64,000 bases of DNA from Candidatus Eiseniibacteriota bacterium (GCA_903844735.1 CAIMUX010000121.1:3005-67004); one strand, 5' to 3'. Shown: positions 1-9,621, counted from the first letter of the stretch. Made by a program: numbers and translations. The notes: generated from the sequence alone by a model not told the origin.

Positions 1-730
1 GTTCCATGGAGGGGCGGAGGTTGTCGGTCACAACCAACGCGGTCTTGTGGCCTAGGGTAGCGACGACATCGGGGACGGCGTCCTTGTTGCCGGAGTAGAT
101 CACCGGCAGCTCGTAGCCGCCGCCGAGGCGGGCCTTGGGGTCGGCCGCGGCGATGATCTCGGCCAGCTCCACAACGTGGGTCTTGGTGCCGCCGTCAGTG
201 CCGCCGGAGAGGAGGATCATGTCCGGGCGGAGATCGCGGATACGCCGGATCTTCTGGTGCGGCAGACGACCGTCGTTGGTGGCGATGATGTCCATGACGA
301 TGGCGCCGGCGCCGAGGGCGGCACGCTGGGCGCTCTCACCGGTCATCGACTTGACCACACCGGTGACCATCATCTGCAGGCCGCCCCCCGCGCTCGAGGT
401 GGAGACATAGAGGTCGACCCCCTTGTCCCCCTGCTGCGGCGTAATGATCCGCTCGCCGTCGAGGATGGTCCGGCCCGGGCTTTCTTGCCTGACCAGCTCT
501 TCCACCTCCCCCACGGCGTTCAGGACTCCGCGTGTCACATCCTCGAAGGGAGCCTCCACCGTGGTCGGGGCTTCTCCGCGCACCACCAGGCGGTAGGTGT
601 CTCCCCGTTTCTCGATGAGGATCGCCTTGGTGGTGGTCGAGCCGCAGTCGGTGGCCAGGATCGACCTCAGCTCGGTCACTTCCTTCGCCGACGTTGCCTT
701 GTTCCCCTGCTTGTCGTCCTTCGCCATCAT
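1..730 (-). CDS. Glutamate mutase L (GlmL/MutL-type, actin-like ATPase) family protein, 3' end runs off the window
   Basis: Not in the ORF track because it is truncated. Manual translation from ATG at 730 (ATGA overlap with the upstream stop) gives ILATDCGSTTTKA...EAPTTVEAPFEDV...STSSAGGGLQMMV...PDMILLSGGTDGG, the GlmL/MutL signatures. Confidence 0.85.
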   Translation of the reverse strand, partial: MMAKDDKQGNKATSAKEVTELRSILATDCGSTTTKAILIEKRGDTYRLVVRGEAPTTVEAPFEDVTRGVLNAVGEVEELVRQESPGRTILDGERIITPQQGDKGVDLYVSTSSAGGGLQMMVTGVVKSMTGESAQRAALGAGAIVMDIIATNDGRLPHQKIRRIRDLRPDMILLSGGTDGGTKTHVVELAEIIAAADPKARLGGGYELPVIYSGNKDAVPDVVATLGHKTALVVTDNLRPSME

Positions 731-1308
731 TCCCCCGTGTCCGGGCGGCCGGGCCGGACCCGCTTCAGGATGCGCCGCCAGCGTGGCAGCTCTCCCGGCA
801 GGCCGGCGGTACGGCGCGCAGTCTGGTTCTCCGCGCGCGGCTCCTTCTCCGGTCGCTTCGCGCCGCTCTCCTGTTGCTTCTCTCCGGTCGTCTGCCGCTT
901 CTCGTCCTTCGCCTGCTGCTTCTCGGCCTTCGCCCGCTTCTTCTCCCCCTTCTCCCGCTCCCGCGCGTCTTCGTCCATGTCCTCGATCCTGCGCAGGAGC
1001 TTCTCTATGTTGCTGCGGTCCTCCAACAGGGCGACGAAGCGATCGTAACTCGCCACCGTGAGGACACTCTTCACGAAGGGCTCCAGGAACACCAGCACCT
1101 GGCTCCCCACGTAGCTGAGCGGCTTGGTCGATTCGAGGAAGAAGATAGCCGGGACGGCCAGACCCATGCGCACCACCCGGGCGGCCACGGCGTCGAGGAG
1201 CTTCCGGTCTTCCTCCTCCGAGTCCAGTTCCGGCGAGGTCCCCGGGGCCGGTGGCCGTCCCGAGGCCGGTGGGAGCCCCGAGACAGGTGGGACCACAGAG
1301 CCGCTCAC
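727..1308 (-). CDS. Conserved hypothetical protein with a charged C-terminal tail
   Basis: 193-aa ORF with 4-nt overlaps on both sides and a globular-looking core (PAIFFLESTKPLSYVGSQVLVFLEPFV). Confidence 0.75.
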   Translation of the reverse strand: MSGSVVPPVSGLPPASGRPPAPGTSPELDSEEEDRKLLDAVAARVVRMGLAVPAIFFLESTKPLSYVGSQVLVFLEPFVKSVLTVASYDRFVALLEDRSNIEKLLRRIEDMDEDAREREKGEKKRAKAEKQQAKDEKRQTTGEKQQESGAKRPEKEPRAENQTARRTAGLPGELPRWRRILKRVRPGRPDTGE

Positions 1309-1937
1309 CGCTCCGTCTCCTTCCCGCCCCGCTTGCCGGGCCCGAGCCAGGCAGCCTGTGGACAGCGGGCACGCACCACGTCTTTGATTGCCGTCGCCTC
1401 TCCCCCATCAAACAGCAGCCGCGTCGATCGGTACGGCTCGATGAACGTCCGCCGCCGATATGGGCTCAGCGTGAGCCCGTGCCGGTCCTCGTAGACCCTC
1501 CGAAACGAGGCCCACGGAGTCCGCACCTTCGAGAACGCTTTCTGCACCCCCAGCTCCAAAGCACCCGCCTCGTAGCGGCTCGGCAGAAAGAACGTCTCCA
1601 GCGAGAGGAAGAGCACCCCGGCCGAAAAGACGCCCCAGAACAACGAGCGTGTCCAGAAACCCAGCACCAGCGAGGCCACCATGATGCCGAGGCCGACGAG
1701 CGCCCCGAGCACCCGCCGCCGCAGCAGCGGGTGGGCAACCCAGACCAGAGGCACGATCACGGCCGTCGCCGACTCGTCGATGATCGGCAGCGAAGCATTC
1801 GCCATCGCCGCTTCGTCGATAGCCGACAGCGCGACACTCGCCGTCGCCGACTGGTCGATGACCGACGGCGCGCCCTCCGGAGTCGGCATCTCATCCGGAG
1901 CCGGCGGCGCGCTCTTCGACTCTACCGGCTCGGCCAT
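1305..1937 (-). CDS. Hypothetical membrane protein (about 2 TM helices plus a small soluble domain)
   Basis: Part of ORF 1305..2123. ATG at 1937 lies at the gcvPB end. Hydrophobic pair VLGALVGLGIMVASLVLGF / LFWGVFSAGVLFLSL. Confidence 0.7.
   Translation of the reverse strand: MAEPVESKSAPPAPDEMPTPEGAPSVIDQSATASVALSAIDEAAMANASLPIIDESATAVIVPLVWVAHPLLRRRVLGALVGLGIMVASLVLGFWTRSLFWGVFSAGVLFLSLETFFLPSRYEAGALELGVQKAFSKVRTPWASFRRVYEDRHGLTLSPYRRRTFIEPYRSTRLLFDGGEATAIKDVVRARCPQAAWLGPGKRGGKETER
1762..1870. repeat. Degenerate 39-bp in-frame tandem repeat, about 3 units
   Basis: Units beginning GCC(G/A)TCGCCG... at 1762, 1801 and 1840; they encode IDQSATA / IDEAAMA / IDESATA. Confidence 0.7.
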
Positions 1938-3421
1938 TCCCAGCGCAGCTTCAGCGCTCGCGCCGCTCCCGCTTCGTCCAGCCTTCCCACCGGCGTCCAG
2001 TGCGGCGACGTGGCAAGAACCTCGGGACAGCTCCGCGCCTCTTCCGCGATGTTGCGCAGGCTGACGGCGAACGAATCGAGGCTCGCGCGCGACTCCGTCT
2101 CCGTCGGCTCGATCATGAAACAATCGGGCACGATGAGCGGAAAGCTCACCGTCGGAGCGTGGAAGCCGTCGTCGAGGAGCCGCTTCGCCGCATCGATGTT
2201 TTTCACCCCGAACTTGCGCATCCAGGCCAGCGAGGTGACGAACTCGTGCAGAAACGGGCCCGGATGTGAGGCCGGGTAGTCATCCTCGACTTGCTTGGCC
2301 AGGTAGTTGGCGTTGACGATGGCGCCGCGGCTGACCTCGGCCAGCCCTTCGGGGCCGAGCGAGCGCAGGTAGGCGTAGGCGCGCAGAATGATCCCGACAT
2401 TGCCGAAAAACGGGTGCAGCCGTCCGACCGAGTCCGGCGCCTCCTCGATCCAGCGAAAACGGTCGCCCTCCTTCACCACCCGCGGCACCGGCAGGAACCG
2501 CGCCAGCGCAGCCTTCACGCCGACCGGACCCGAACCCGGACCGCCCCCGCCGTGCGGCGTGGAGAACGTCTTGTGCAGGTTGATGTGGACGATGTCGGCG
2601 CCAATGTCACCGGGCCGCACCAGCCCCACGAGAGCGTTCAGGTTCGCCCCGTCCATGTAGACGAGCCCGTCCACCGAGTGGATCAGGTCGGCCATCTCCT
2701 GGAAGCGCGTCTCGAAGAGGCCGACCGTATTCGGGTTCGTAACCATGATTCCCGCGACATGCAGGCCGATCCGCGAGCGCAAGCGGTCGAGGTCGAGTCG
2801 CCCGTCCGGGCCGGATGCGACCTCCTCGACGTCATAGCCCACCAGACGCACGGTCGCCGGGTTCGTGCCGTGGGCCGAGTCGGGAACGAGGATGGTGGTC
2901 TTGGCGTTCTTCTTTGCCTGGTGATACGCACGGACGAGCTTGATCCCCAGCATCTCCCCCTGCGCTCCGGCCGCGGGATGCAGGCTGATCTCGTCCATCC
3001 CCACCACCGCCGCCAGCTCCCGGGAGAAGTCCCACAGGAGCTCGAGCATTCCCTGACAGGCCTCAGCCGGAGCCAGCGGGTGCAGCGCGGCGAGATCGGG
3101 GCGGCCGCTCAGTTCCTCGTTGATCTTGGGGTTGTACTTCATCGTGCAGGAACCGAGCGGATAGAGCGCCTTGTCAACATGGTGGTTGAGGCTCGACAAG
3201 TTGATGTAGTGGCGCACGACCTCGGGCTCGTTCACGGCAGGCAGGTGCGCGGCGACCTGCCGACGCGTCGCGCCAGGCAACAGCGTGCCCGGATCCTTCC
3301 GCGGGACTTCCATCGGGGGCAAGCGATACCCCGCAGCCCCGGGCGTGTCCTTCTCGAAGATCACTGGGACATTCTTGCGGCGTTTGCGCACGAGGATGTC
3401 GCCCTCACATTGATTGTCCAC
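1922..3421 (-). CDS. gcvPB: Glycine dehydrogenase (decarboxylating) subunit 2
   Basis: Motifs YPLGSCTMKYNP, SAHGTNPA, NLHKTFSTPHGGGGPG (PLP Lys) and MIEPTETES. Start uncertain; GTG at 3421 has GGAGG upstream. Confidence 0.96.
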   Translation of the reverse strand: MDNQCEGDILVRKRRKNVPVIFEKDTPGAAGYRLPPMEVPRKDPGTLLPGATRRQVAAHLPAVNEPEVVRHYINLSSLNHHVDKALYPLGSCTMKYNPKINEELSGRPDLAALHPLAPAEACQGMLELLWDFSRELAAVVGMDEISLHPAAGAQGEMLGIKLVRAYHQAKKNAKTTILVPDSAHGTNPATVRLVGYDVEEVASGPDGRLDLDRLRSRIGLHVAGIMVTNPNTVGLFETRFQEMADLIHSVDGLVYMDGANLNALVGLVRPGDIGADIVHINLHKTFSTPHGGGGPGSGPVGVKAALARFLPVPRVVKEGDRFRWIEEAPDSVGRLHPFFGNVGIILRAYAYLRSLGPEGLAEVSRGAIVNANYLAKQVEDDYPASHPGPFLHEFVTSLAWMRKFGVKNIDAAKRLLDDGFHAPTVSFPLIVPDCFMIEPTETESRASLDSFAVSLRNIAEEARSCPEVLATSPHWTPVGRLDEAGAARALKLRWEWPSR

Positions 3422-3434
3422 AATTCCTCCCACA

Positions 3435-3476
3435 GCTTTCGGGCTTCAGGCTTCGGGCTTCGGGCCTCGGACTTCC
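3435..3476. repeat. Heptamer array (GGCTTCG consensus, about 6 units) in the gcvPA-gcvPB spacer
   Basis: gctttcg-ggcttca-ggcttcg-ggcttcg-ggcctcg-gacttcc. Confidence 0.85.
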
Positions 3477-3492
3477 GGAGAAGCCTCCCCGC

Positions 3493-4878
3493 TTATGCTC
3501 TCAGCGTCTTGGTCAGGACCTCGGCATAGCGGTCGAGCTCCGCGCGCGTCCGCTTTTCCGTCACCGCCACCAGGAGCTGCCGAGCCCTGCCTGCGTCGAT
3601 GCGGCCCAGGTCGAGACCGGCCAGGATCCCCTCGTCGCGCAGCATCCGCGCCACTACGGGTCCCGCCGGGACAGGCAGCTCGACGGCAAACTCCTGGAAG
3701 AACGGCCCCGCATGAACCCGGCGCACGCCGGGGATGGCGGCCAACTTCTCTTCCAGGTAGTGCGCTTTCTGCAGGCACTGGTCGGCCGTCTCGCGCAGCC
3801 CCTCGGGACCGAGCAGCGCGAAGTAGATCGTCACGCCCAGGGCCATCAGATTGTTGTTGGTGCAGATGTTCGACGTCGCCTTGTCACGCCGGATATGCTG
3901 CTCGCGCGTCTGCAGCGTGAGCACGAAGCCGCGATGGCCGTCCTGGTCGTTGGCTTCGGCGACCAGCCTACCGGGCATCCGCCGCACGAGTTCCTTCTTG
4001 GCCGCGAAGTAACCGCACAGCGGGCCGCCGTACTGCGGCGGGTTGCCGCACGACTGGGCCTCGCCCACCGTGATGTCGGCACCCAGCGCCCCGGGCGACT
4101 CCAGCAGGCCGAGGCTCACGAGGTCAGCCGAAATCACGGCGAGGGCACCGGCGGCATGCGTCGCTTCCACCAGCGGACCCGCATCCTCGACGATGCCGAA
4201 GAAGTTCGGGTTCTGTAGAACCAACGCGGCGACGTTTCCACCGGCAGCACTCCCGCCGGCCGTGCTCCCATCGATCAGGGCACGCAGCGCCGCTAGATCG
4301 GTCCGACCATCCGCGCCGAGCGGCACCGTGACCAGATCGAGCCCCGGTCCATCCGCGTAGGTCTCCATCACCTGTCGCGCGTGCGGGTGCAGCGCCGCCG
4401 AAACAAGCACGCGGTTACGGCCGGTGACCGAGGAGGCCAGCAGCACAGCCTCGGCCGCCGCGGAACCGCCGTCGTAGACCGATGCGTTGGCCACGTCCAT
4501 GCCGGTCAGCTCACAGAGGATCGACTGGAACTCATAGATCGTCGCTAGGGTCCCCTGCGCCACCTCCGCCTGGTAGGGCGTGTAGGCGGTATAGAACTCG
4601 CTGCGCAGGGTGAGCTGACGGATCGCCGCGGGAATGAGGTGATCATACAAGCCGGCACCGAGAAAGCTCGGCACCTTCTCGGGATCGTAGTTGCGCGCGC
4701 CCAGGCCGCGGAAGAGCCGCCGCAGCTCTTCCTCGCTCATCCCCGGTGGGATGTCGACCGGAGCCCGCTGGCGCGCCGTCTCCGGAATCCCCACCAGAAG
4801 ATCCTCGAAGCAAGAGACTCCAATGGCCCGAAGCAGGTCGCGCTCTTCCGTGGGGCCGTGCCCGACGTATCCGGCCAT
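3493..4878 (-). CDS. gcvPA: Glycine dehydrogenase (decarboxylating) subunit 1
   Basis: Motifs FLGAGLYDH, EFYTAYTPYQAEVAQG and TREQHIRRDKATSNICTN. Confidence 0.97.
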   Translation of the reverse strand: MAGYVGHGPTEERDLLRAIGVSCFEDLLVGIPETARQRAPVDIPPGMSEEELRRLFRGLGARNYDPEKVPSFLGAGLYDHLIPAAIRQLTLRSEFYTAYTPYQAEVAQGTLATIYEFQSILCELTGMDVANASVYDGGSAAAEAVLLASSVTGRNRVLVSAALHPHARQVMETYADGPGLDLVTVPLGADGRTDLAALRALIDGSTAGGSAAGGNVAALVLQNPNFFGIVEDAGPLVEATHAAGALAVISADLVSLGLLESPGALGADITVGEAQSCGNPPQYGGPLCGYFAAKKELVRRMPGRLVAEANDQDGHRGFVLTLQTREQHIRRDKATSNICTNNNLMALGVTIYFALLGPEGLRETADQCLQKAHYLEEKLAAIPGVRRVHAGPFFQEFAVELPVPAGPVVARMLRDEGILAGLDLGRIDAGRARQLLVAVTEKRTRAELDRYAEVLTKTLRA

Positions 4879-4879
4879 C

Positions 4880-5275
4880 TCAGTGACCGCCTGCCAGACC
4901 CGCCACGAGCTTTTCGTAATCGGCCGGCGAGAGGAGCTGGTCGATCTGCGTGGCGTCGAGCACCTTCGTCTTGATCATCCAGCCGTCACCATGGGGAGAC
5001 TTGTTGACTACGGTGGGGTCGTCGCCGATGGCGGCGTTAATCTCGACCACCTCGCCGTTCACCGGGCTGAAGAGGTCGCTGACCGCCTTCACCGCTTCAA
5101 CCGAGCCGAACGGCTGCTCCGCGACCAGCTTCACTCCGACCTTCGGCAGCTCAACGAAGACGATGTCTCCGAGCGCCGACTGGGCATAATCCGTGATGCC
5201 GACGAGGACGATATCTCCCTCGACGCGGACCCACTCGTGCTCCTTCGTGTACCGGCAATCCTGTGGGACGTTCAT
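4880..5275 (-). CDS. gcvH: Glycine cleavage system H protein
   Basis: YTKEHEW, GITDYAQ..LGDIVFVELP and the lipoyl-Lys motif VEAVKAVSD. Confidence 0.98.
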   Translation of the reverse strand: MNVPQDCRYTKEHEWVRVEGDIVLVGITDYAQSALGDIVFVELPKVGVKLVAEQPFGSVEAVKAVSDLFSPVNGEVVEINAAIGDDPTVVNKSPHGDGWMIKTKVLDATQIDQLLSPADYEKLVAGLAGGH

Positions 5276-5323
5276 GAATGCAAACCCCTCCCTTTCTGCT
5301 CCCTTTCCGCTCCCCGATCCGAC

Positions 5324-6442
5324 CTATTTGTGAGACGCGTGCTTGTAGAATGGGCGCTCCACCACGCGGGCGGGCACCTTGGCACCCCGGATATCCACTT
5401 CCAGCTCCGTACCCACCGCCGAAAGCGCCGGCGGCACGAATCCGAGCCCCATCCCCTGCTTGAGTGAAGGGCAGAACCCACCGCTGGTCACGATGCCAAC
5501 CTCACGGCCACCGACAAAAAGCGCCTGGCCATGGCGGGGCATCCGCTGCCCCTCCACCGCGAAACCGACGATCGAGCGCGTGAGACCCGCCGCCTTCTGG
5601 GCCGCGAGCGCGTCCTTGCCGATGAAATCGGTCTTCTTCATCTTGACGGTCCAACCGATGCCGCCCTCGAGCGGGCTCACATCCAGGTTCAGTTCGTTCC
5701 CGTAGAGGCAGTAGCACATCTCGAGGCGCAGTGTGTCGCGGGCACCGAGGCCGATGGGAGCGGCGCCGATCGATTCGCCCGCGTGCAACAGAGCCCGCCA
5801 TAGATCCCGCGAGCGTCCGGAGGATACGTAGATCTCAAAGCCGTCTTCGCCGGTGTAACCGTTACGTGAGACCACAACGTCCTTGATACCCGCCACCGTC
5901 GCTACGAGGAACCGGTAGTAACCGATGGTGTTGAGATCCGCCGCGACCAGCGGACGGATGACCTCTTCGGCCCGCGGCCCCTGGAATGCGAGCTGGGCCA
6001 GTTCTGTGCTCCGATCGTTCACCTCTACCGGCGGGCCCACCCACGCCAGCGCCCGCGTCTCCATCCAATCCCAAATGCGGCTCAGGTTGCCTGCGTTGGC
6101 CACCACCATGACACGGTCGGCCATCCGATAGACGGTCACGTCGTCCAAGACACCGCCGTCCTCACGGCACATGGCGGCATAGAGAAGCTGCCCCGGCTCG
6201 GCCTTCTCCAGGTCGTTGGTGATGAGATCGTGGACAAAAGGAACCGCACCCGGACCGGTGACTTCGAAGCGCCCCATATGGGACACGTCGAACAGCCCCA
6301 CCGCGGTGCGAACGATCTCGTGCTCGCGAAGAATCCCGGTCGGATACTGTACCGGCATTTCCCATTGGTTGAAGTCCACCAACTTGGCCTGGTGGTTGAC
6401 ATGCTCGTGGAACAACGGAGTCCGCTTGAGATTACCGCCCAT
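5324..6442 (-). CDS. gcvT: Glycine cleavage system aminomethyltransferase T
   Basis: LFDVSHMG, GYTGEDGFE and GLGARDTLRLE; GGAGG upstream. Confidence 0.98.
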   Translation of the reverse strand: MGGNLKRTPLFHEHVNHQAKLVDFNQWEMPVQYPTGILREHEIVRTAVGLFDVSHMGRFEVTGPGAVPFVHDLITNDLEKAEPGQLLYAAMCREDGGVLDDVTVYRMADRVMVVANAGNLSRIWDWMETRALAWVGPPVEVNDRSTELAQLAFQGPRAEEVIRPLVAADLNTIGYYRFLVATVAGIKDVVVSRNGYTGEDGFEIYVSSGRSRDLWRALLHAGESIGAAPIGLGARDTLRLEMCYCLYGNELNLDVSPLEGGIGWTVKMKKTDFIGKDALAAQKAAGLTRSIVGFAVEGQRMPRHGQALFVGGREVGIVTSGGFCPSLKQGMGLGFVPPALSAVGTELEVDIRGAKVPARVVERPFYKHASHK

Positions 6443-6656
6443 GCACCCCTCCTCCCATCATCCTGGACCCGATCAGCTATGGACGGTACCACATCGGAGG
6501 GCCTCGCATCCAGGGCCACGTGCAGCGGCGCGTCCGCGGTCCGGGCCGCGGGATTCGATCGCAACGGGTTGGTTGGGCTTGCCTCGTCGTACGCAAGAAC
6601 CTCGTAACTCACTTCCCACAAGAACTTTCCGCCCTGGTGATCCACACCGAAATCGA

Positions 6657-7001
6657 ATGGAAACACTGACATCGTCGCTCACCGACCGCTTCCGGGCGAT
6701 GCTTCTGTCCCGGACCGATCCGGCTTTGGAGAACGCGGTCTTGCGCCGGCAACTCACGATCTTCCAGAGGAATCTGAAGCATCCACGATCTCGAATCAGG
6801 GATCGCGTCTTGTGGGTCGTCCTCCGCAGGCTCGGGTCGGCGTGGGGGCAGATTTCTCGACTCCTCGTTCGCAATCACGACGGCGTTTTCGGGCGGTCCG
6901 GCAGATGTCCACCAAGGCTCTACCGAATCGATCCGAAAACCCACACCGGGCAACACCCGCCGGCTATACTTCCGCTCCTCAACGGCTACCGCTCGTACTG
7001 A
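6657..7001 (+). pseudogene. Internally deleted remnant of an integrase-core (rve/DDE) transposase
   Basis: ALENAVLRRQLTIFQR..PRSRIRDRVLWVVLRRL resembles the N-terminus of integrase-core IS transposases, and LLVRNHDGVFG resembles their YLIRDRDGIYG motif. Only about 114 aa remain. Similarity is recalled, not searched. Confidence 0.6.
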
Positions 7002-9166
7002 AACACCGTCACCGGCACCGAGCTAGCCTCCGACATCCCATAGAACCGCCCGAGTTGCTCAAACAGTTCCGCCAGCCCTTCCTCGTCCCGCGCCGTCGAC
7101 CAGAGCACTTTCACAGCCGTGCCGCAATGCCCCTGCTCAATCTCCTCGACGCCCGGTAGGGTCGCAAGGATCGTCCCATGCATACCAAGGCGCCGCAGGA
7201 TGAGGTACGCCGTGAGGAACTCGGGTTGCCGCCCCGGGTCGAACTGGACGAAAGTCTCGAGCGTGCGCTCTCCTCGCTTGAGGGCGCAGAGGACCTGCAA
7301 CTCCAGCGTCGGCGTGAGAGCGAAAGTTCGTCCCAGGAGGTCGGCCTCGCCGTCGGCGGCATGCCCCGCCAGGCCACTTTCCGCCTCTGCCACCAGACGG
7401 TCGCGGAGCCGCTCGTCCACCTCGGGGAAGGCGCCCAGGGGAGCGTCGGCCGCCCGCAAGAGCCAGCCTGCGGCGTCGAGCAACAGGTCCACCCGCCGCG
7501 GATCCAGCTCCACGCGGTGGGCACGCAGGAGGTCCAGAAGCGTCTCGAGGTGGTGAGCCGTTCCGGCTGCGGCCTCCGCCTCCAGCATGGTAAAGTCACC
7601 CTTGGCCGCATGCAGGCGCCGGAACGCCTCGTGCAGCGGCTCGATCTCACCGGGGTTCGATTCCAGGTCGAGGAGCGACTCCTGCAGCTTCTGGAGGCTT
7701 TGCCGGAGTTCCGAGCGCAGTTCCTCGGCATCGGCGGCCTGGAGGTGCAGCGTCGCGCCGGCGGACGCCGCGGCTGTGGCTTCGCTCACGCCGGCGGCCC
7801 TGGCTCCAGCGCCGGCCCCGGCCTTCGGCCCAGCCCCGGCCCCGGAGCTTTCGCCCTGCCCGCCCGACCGTTCCCGCCTCGCACCCGAAACAGATGCGGT
7901 CCCCAATCCCGACTCGCCTCCCGTCGGCCCGCTTCCGACCGCACCCCCATCGCCAAGCGCCTCCGAGGCCAGAGCATCGACATTGAGGGTCAATCCGAGT
8001 CGGCCCCCGGTGAAGACCGCGGTCCCCGCGATGGCGCGCGCCCGGTCCCAGGTGCCGTTGAGCGGAACATTGACGAGCTTCTGAGGCCCGAGGAACTCGG
8101 TGATCGAAAGGGCGATGCGGCCTGCCTTCCCCTGGACCACGACCACCGGAATGGGATCGGGCTTTTCCTCTGCCGGTGGTTCGCCCAGGAGATCGAGGAG
8201 ATCGTGCAGGACCAAAGGCTCGCCCCGATGCGTGAAGTAACGGCCTCGCCCGAGAGCATTCTTGACCTGTGCCGCGTTGACTGCGAGCGAGGAAACGACA
8301 TGTTCGATCGGCAGTGCGAACAACCGGTGCCCGGCGCGCATCGTCAGGGCATCGACGATGTTCACAGCGCGCAGCTTGGGCACGGTGAGCCGGAAGATCG
8401 TCTCCTGCCCCAGTGTGGTTTCCACCGCCACCGTCCCACCGAAGTCCTCCACGGTGGTGCGCACGAGGTCGAGCCCGACGCCGCGCCCTGAGGTGGCGGT
8501 CACCGCCGCGGCCATCGAAAACCCGGGTCGGCAAAGGATGTCAGCGAGGCTCGCCCCTTCCACGGGCAGGCCGCGAGAGAGCGCCTCCGCCCGCACCGCC
8601 TCGGCATCGATGCCGCGCCCGTCATCGGAGACCGCGATCTCGGTGTGATGCTCGCGATCCACGGCCGTGACGGTAACCCTTCCCTGCGGCGGCTTCCCGG
8701 CCCGCGCGCGCTCGAGAGGTGCTTCCAGGCCGTGGTCGACCGCGTTGCGCAGAAGGTGAAGCAGCGGGTCGACCAGCCGCTCGGCAAGAGCCTTGTCGAC
8801 GAGGGTCTCCTCTCCCTCGAAAAGAAGCTCGGCGTCACGTCCGAGCGTGCGGACCAGATCGCGTACCGGGCGGCGGAAAAGGCGCAGGGTCTCGCCGATT
8901 TCCACCAGACGGATCGCCATGACCAGATCGTGCAAATCCTGACTCACGCGCCGCGACGCCTCGTTGCTGGTCTTGACCACCTCGAGGCTCTCCGGCCGCA
9001 GTACCTGCCCGAGCGTCACCGATTCCCGCACGCGCCGCTCCAACTCCTGGAGGTTCGCACTGGTGATGATCACTTCTCCCGCGAGCGAGAGGAGACGGTC
9101 GAGGTGCGTGATACGCACCTGCATTCGGTCGATGGTGCCTCGCCGCACCTGCAGCAGCTCAGTCAT
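6986..9166 (-). CDS. cheA: CheA-family histidine kinase with permuted domain order (dimerisation-HATPase-CheW-HPt-P2-like)
   Basis: N-terminal VRITHLDRLLSLAGEVII (P3); HLLRNAVDHG, DDGRGI and SGRGVGLD (P4); CheW-like P5; then AFRRLHAAKG (HPt) near the C-terminus. Start at ATG 9166. Confidence 0.9.
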   Translation of the reverse strand: MTELLQVRRGTIDRMQVRITHLDRLLSLAGEVIITSANLQELERRVRESVTLGQVLRPESLEVVKTSNEASRRVSQDLHDLVMAIRLVEIGETLRLFRRPVRDLVRTLGRDAELLFEGEETLVDKALAERLVDPLLHLLRNAVDHGLEAPLERARAGKPPQGRVTVTAVDREHHTEIAVSDDGRGIDAEAVRAEALSRGLPVEGASLADILCRPGFSMAAAVTATSGRGVGLDLVRTTVEDFGGTVAVETTLGQETIFRLTVPKLRAVNIVDALTMRAGHRLFALPIEHVVSSLAVNAAQVKNALGRGRYFTHRGEPLVLHDLLDLLGEPPAEEKPDPIPVVVVQGKAGRIALSITEFLGPQKLVNVPLNGTWDRARAIAGTAVFTGGRLGLTLNVDALASEALGDGGAVGSGPTGGESGLGTASVSGARRERSGGQGESSGAGAGPKAGAGAGARAAGVSEATAAASAGATLHLQAADAEELRSELRQSLQKLQESLLDLESNPGEIEPLHEAFRRLHAAKGDFTMLEAEAAAGTAHHLETLLDLLRAHRVELDPRRVDLLLDAAGWLLRAADAPLGAFPEVDERLRDRLVAEAESGLAGHAADGEADLLGRTFALTPTLELQVLCALKRGERTLETFVQFDPGRQPEFLTAYLILRRLGMHGTILATLPGVEEIEQGHCGTAVKVLWSTARDEEGLAELFEQLGRFYGMSEASSVPVTVFQYER

Positions 9167-9572
9167 GGTGTAACACCCTCGCAATCACACGGGCCAGGAA
9201 TTCCCGGTCGAACGGCTTGGGAATGTAGTCGTCCGCCCCGAGCTTGAGGGCGCGGACCACGCTCTTCGCGTCACTCTGGGTGGAGACCATGACCACCGGC
9301 GTGCGATCGTACCAGGATGCCTGGTGCAGCCGGGCGCAGAACTCGAAACCGTCCATGCGCGGCATGCTGATGTCGCAGAAGATGAGCCCGGCGGCGTGCG
9401 GATTGCCCTCGAGAAGGTCAAGTGCGATGCGGCCGTCCCCCGCCTCGATCACGTCGAGGCCGAGCGGTTCGAGGTGTGACCGGAAGATACGGCGCGTGGC
9501 CGTGGAGTCATCAATGACTAAGGCGCGCGTCCCGGGAACCAGGACCGTCGCCACCTCGTTCGACCAGCTCAT
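9159..9572 (-). CDS. Single-domain response regulator (CheY-like receiver)
   Basis: LVIDDS, FCDISMPRMDG (phospho-Asp), VST and YIPKPF; GGAGG upstream of ATG 9572; overlaps the cheA start. Confidence 0.93.
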   Translation of the reverse strand: MSWSNEVATVLVPGTRALVIDDSTATRRIFRSHLEPLGLDVIEAGDGRIALDLLEGNPHAAGLIFCDISMPRMDGFEFCARLHQASWYDRTPVVMVSTQSDAKSVVRALKLGADDYIPKPFDREFLARVIARVLHHD

Positions 9573-9621
9573 GCCGGAACCCTCCCATCGCTGCCGCAAG
9601 GGCGAACCGCCCCCTCAGGGA

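Noticed and set aside
6443-6660. Expected glycine riboswitch upstream of gcvT
   Set aside because: The conserved GGAGA...CCGAAG...CTCTCAGG elements were not found on the minus strand. An Infernal scan would be decisive.
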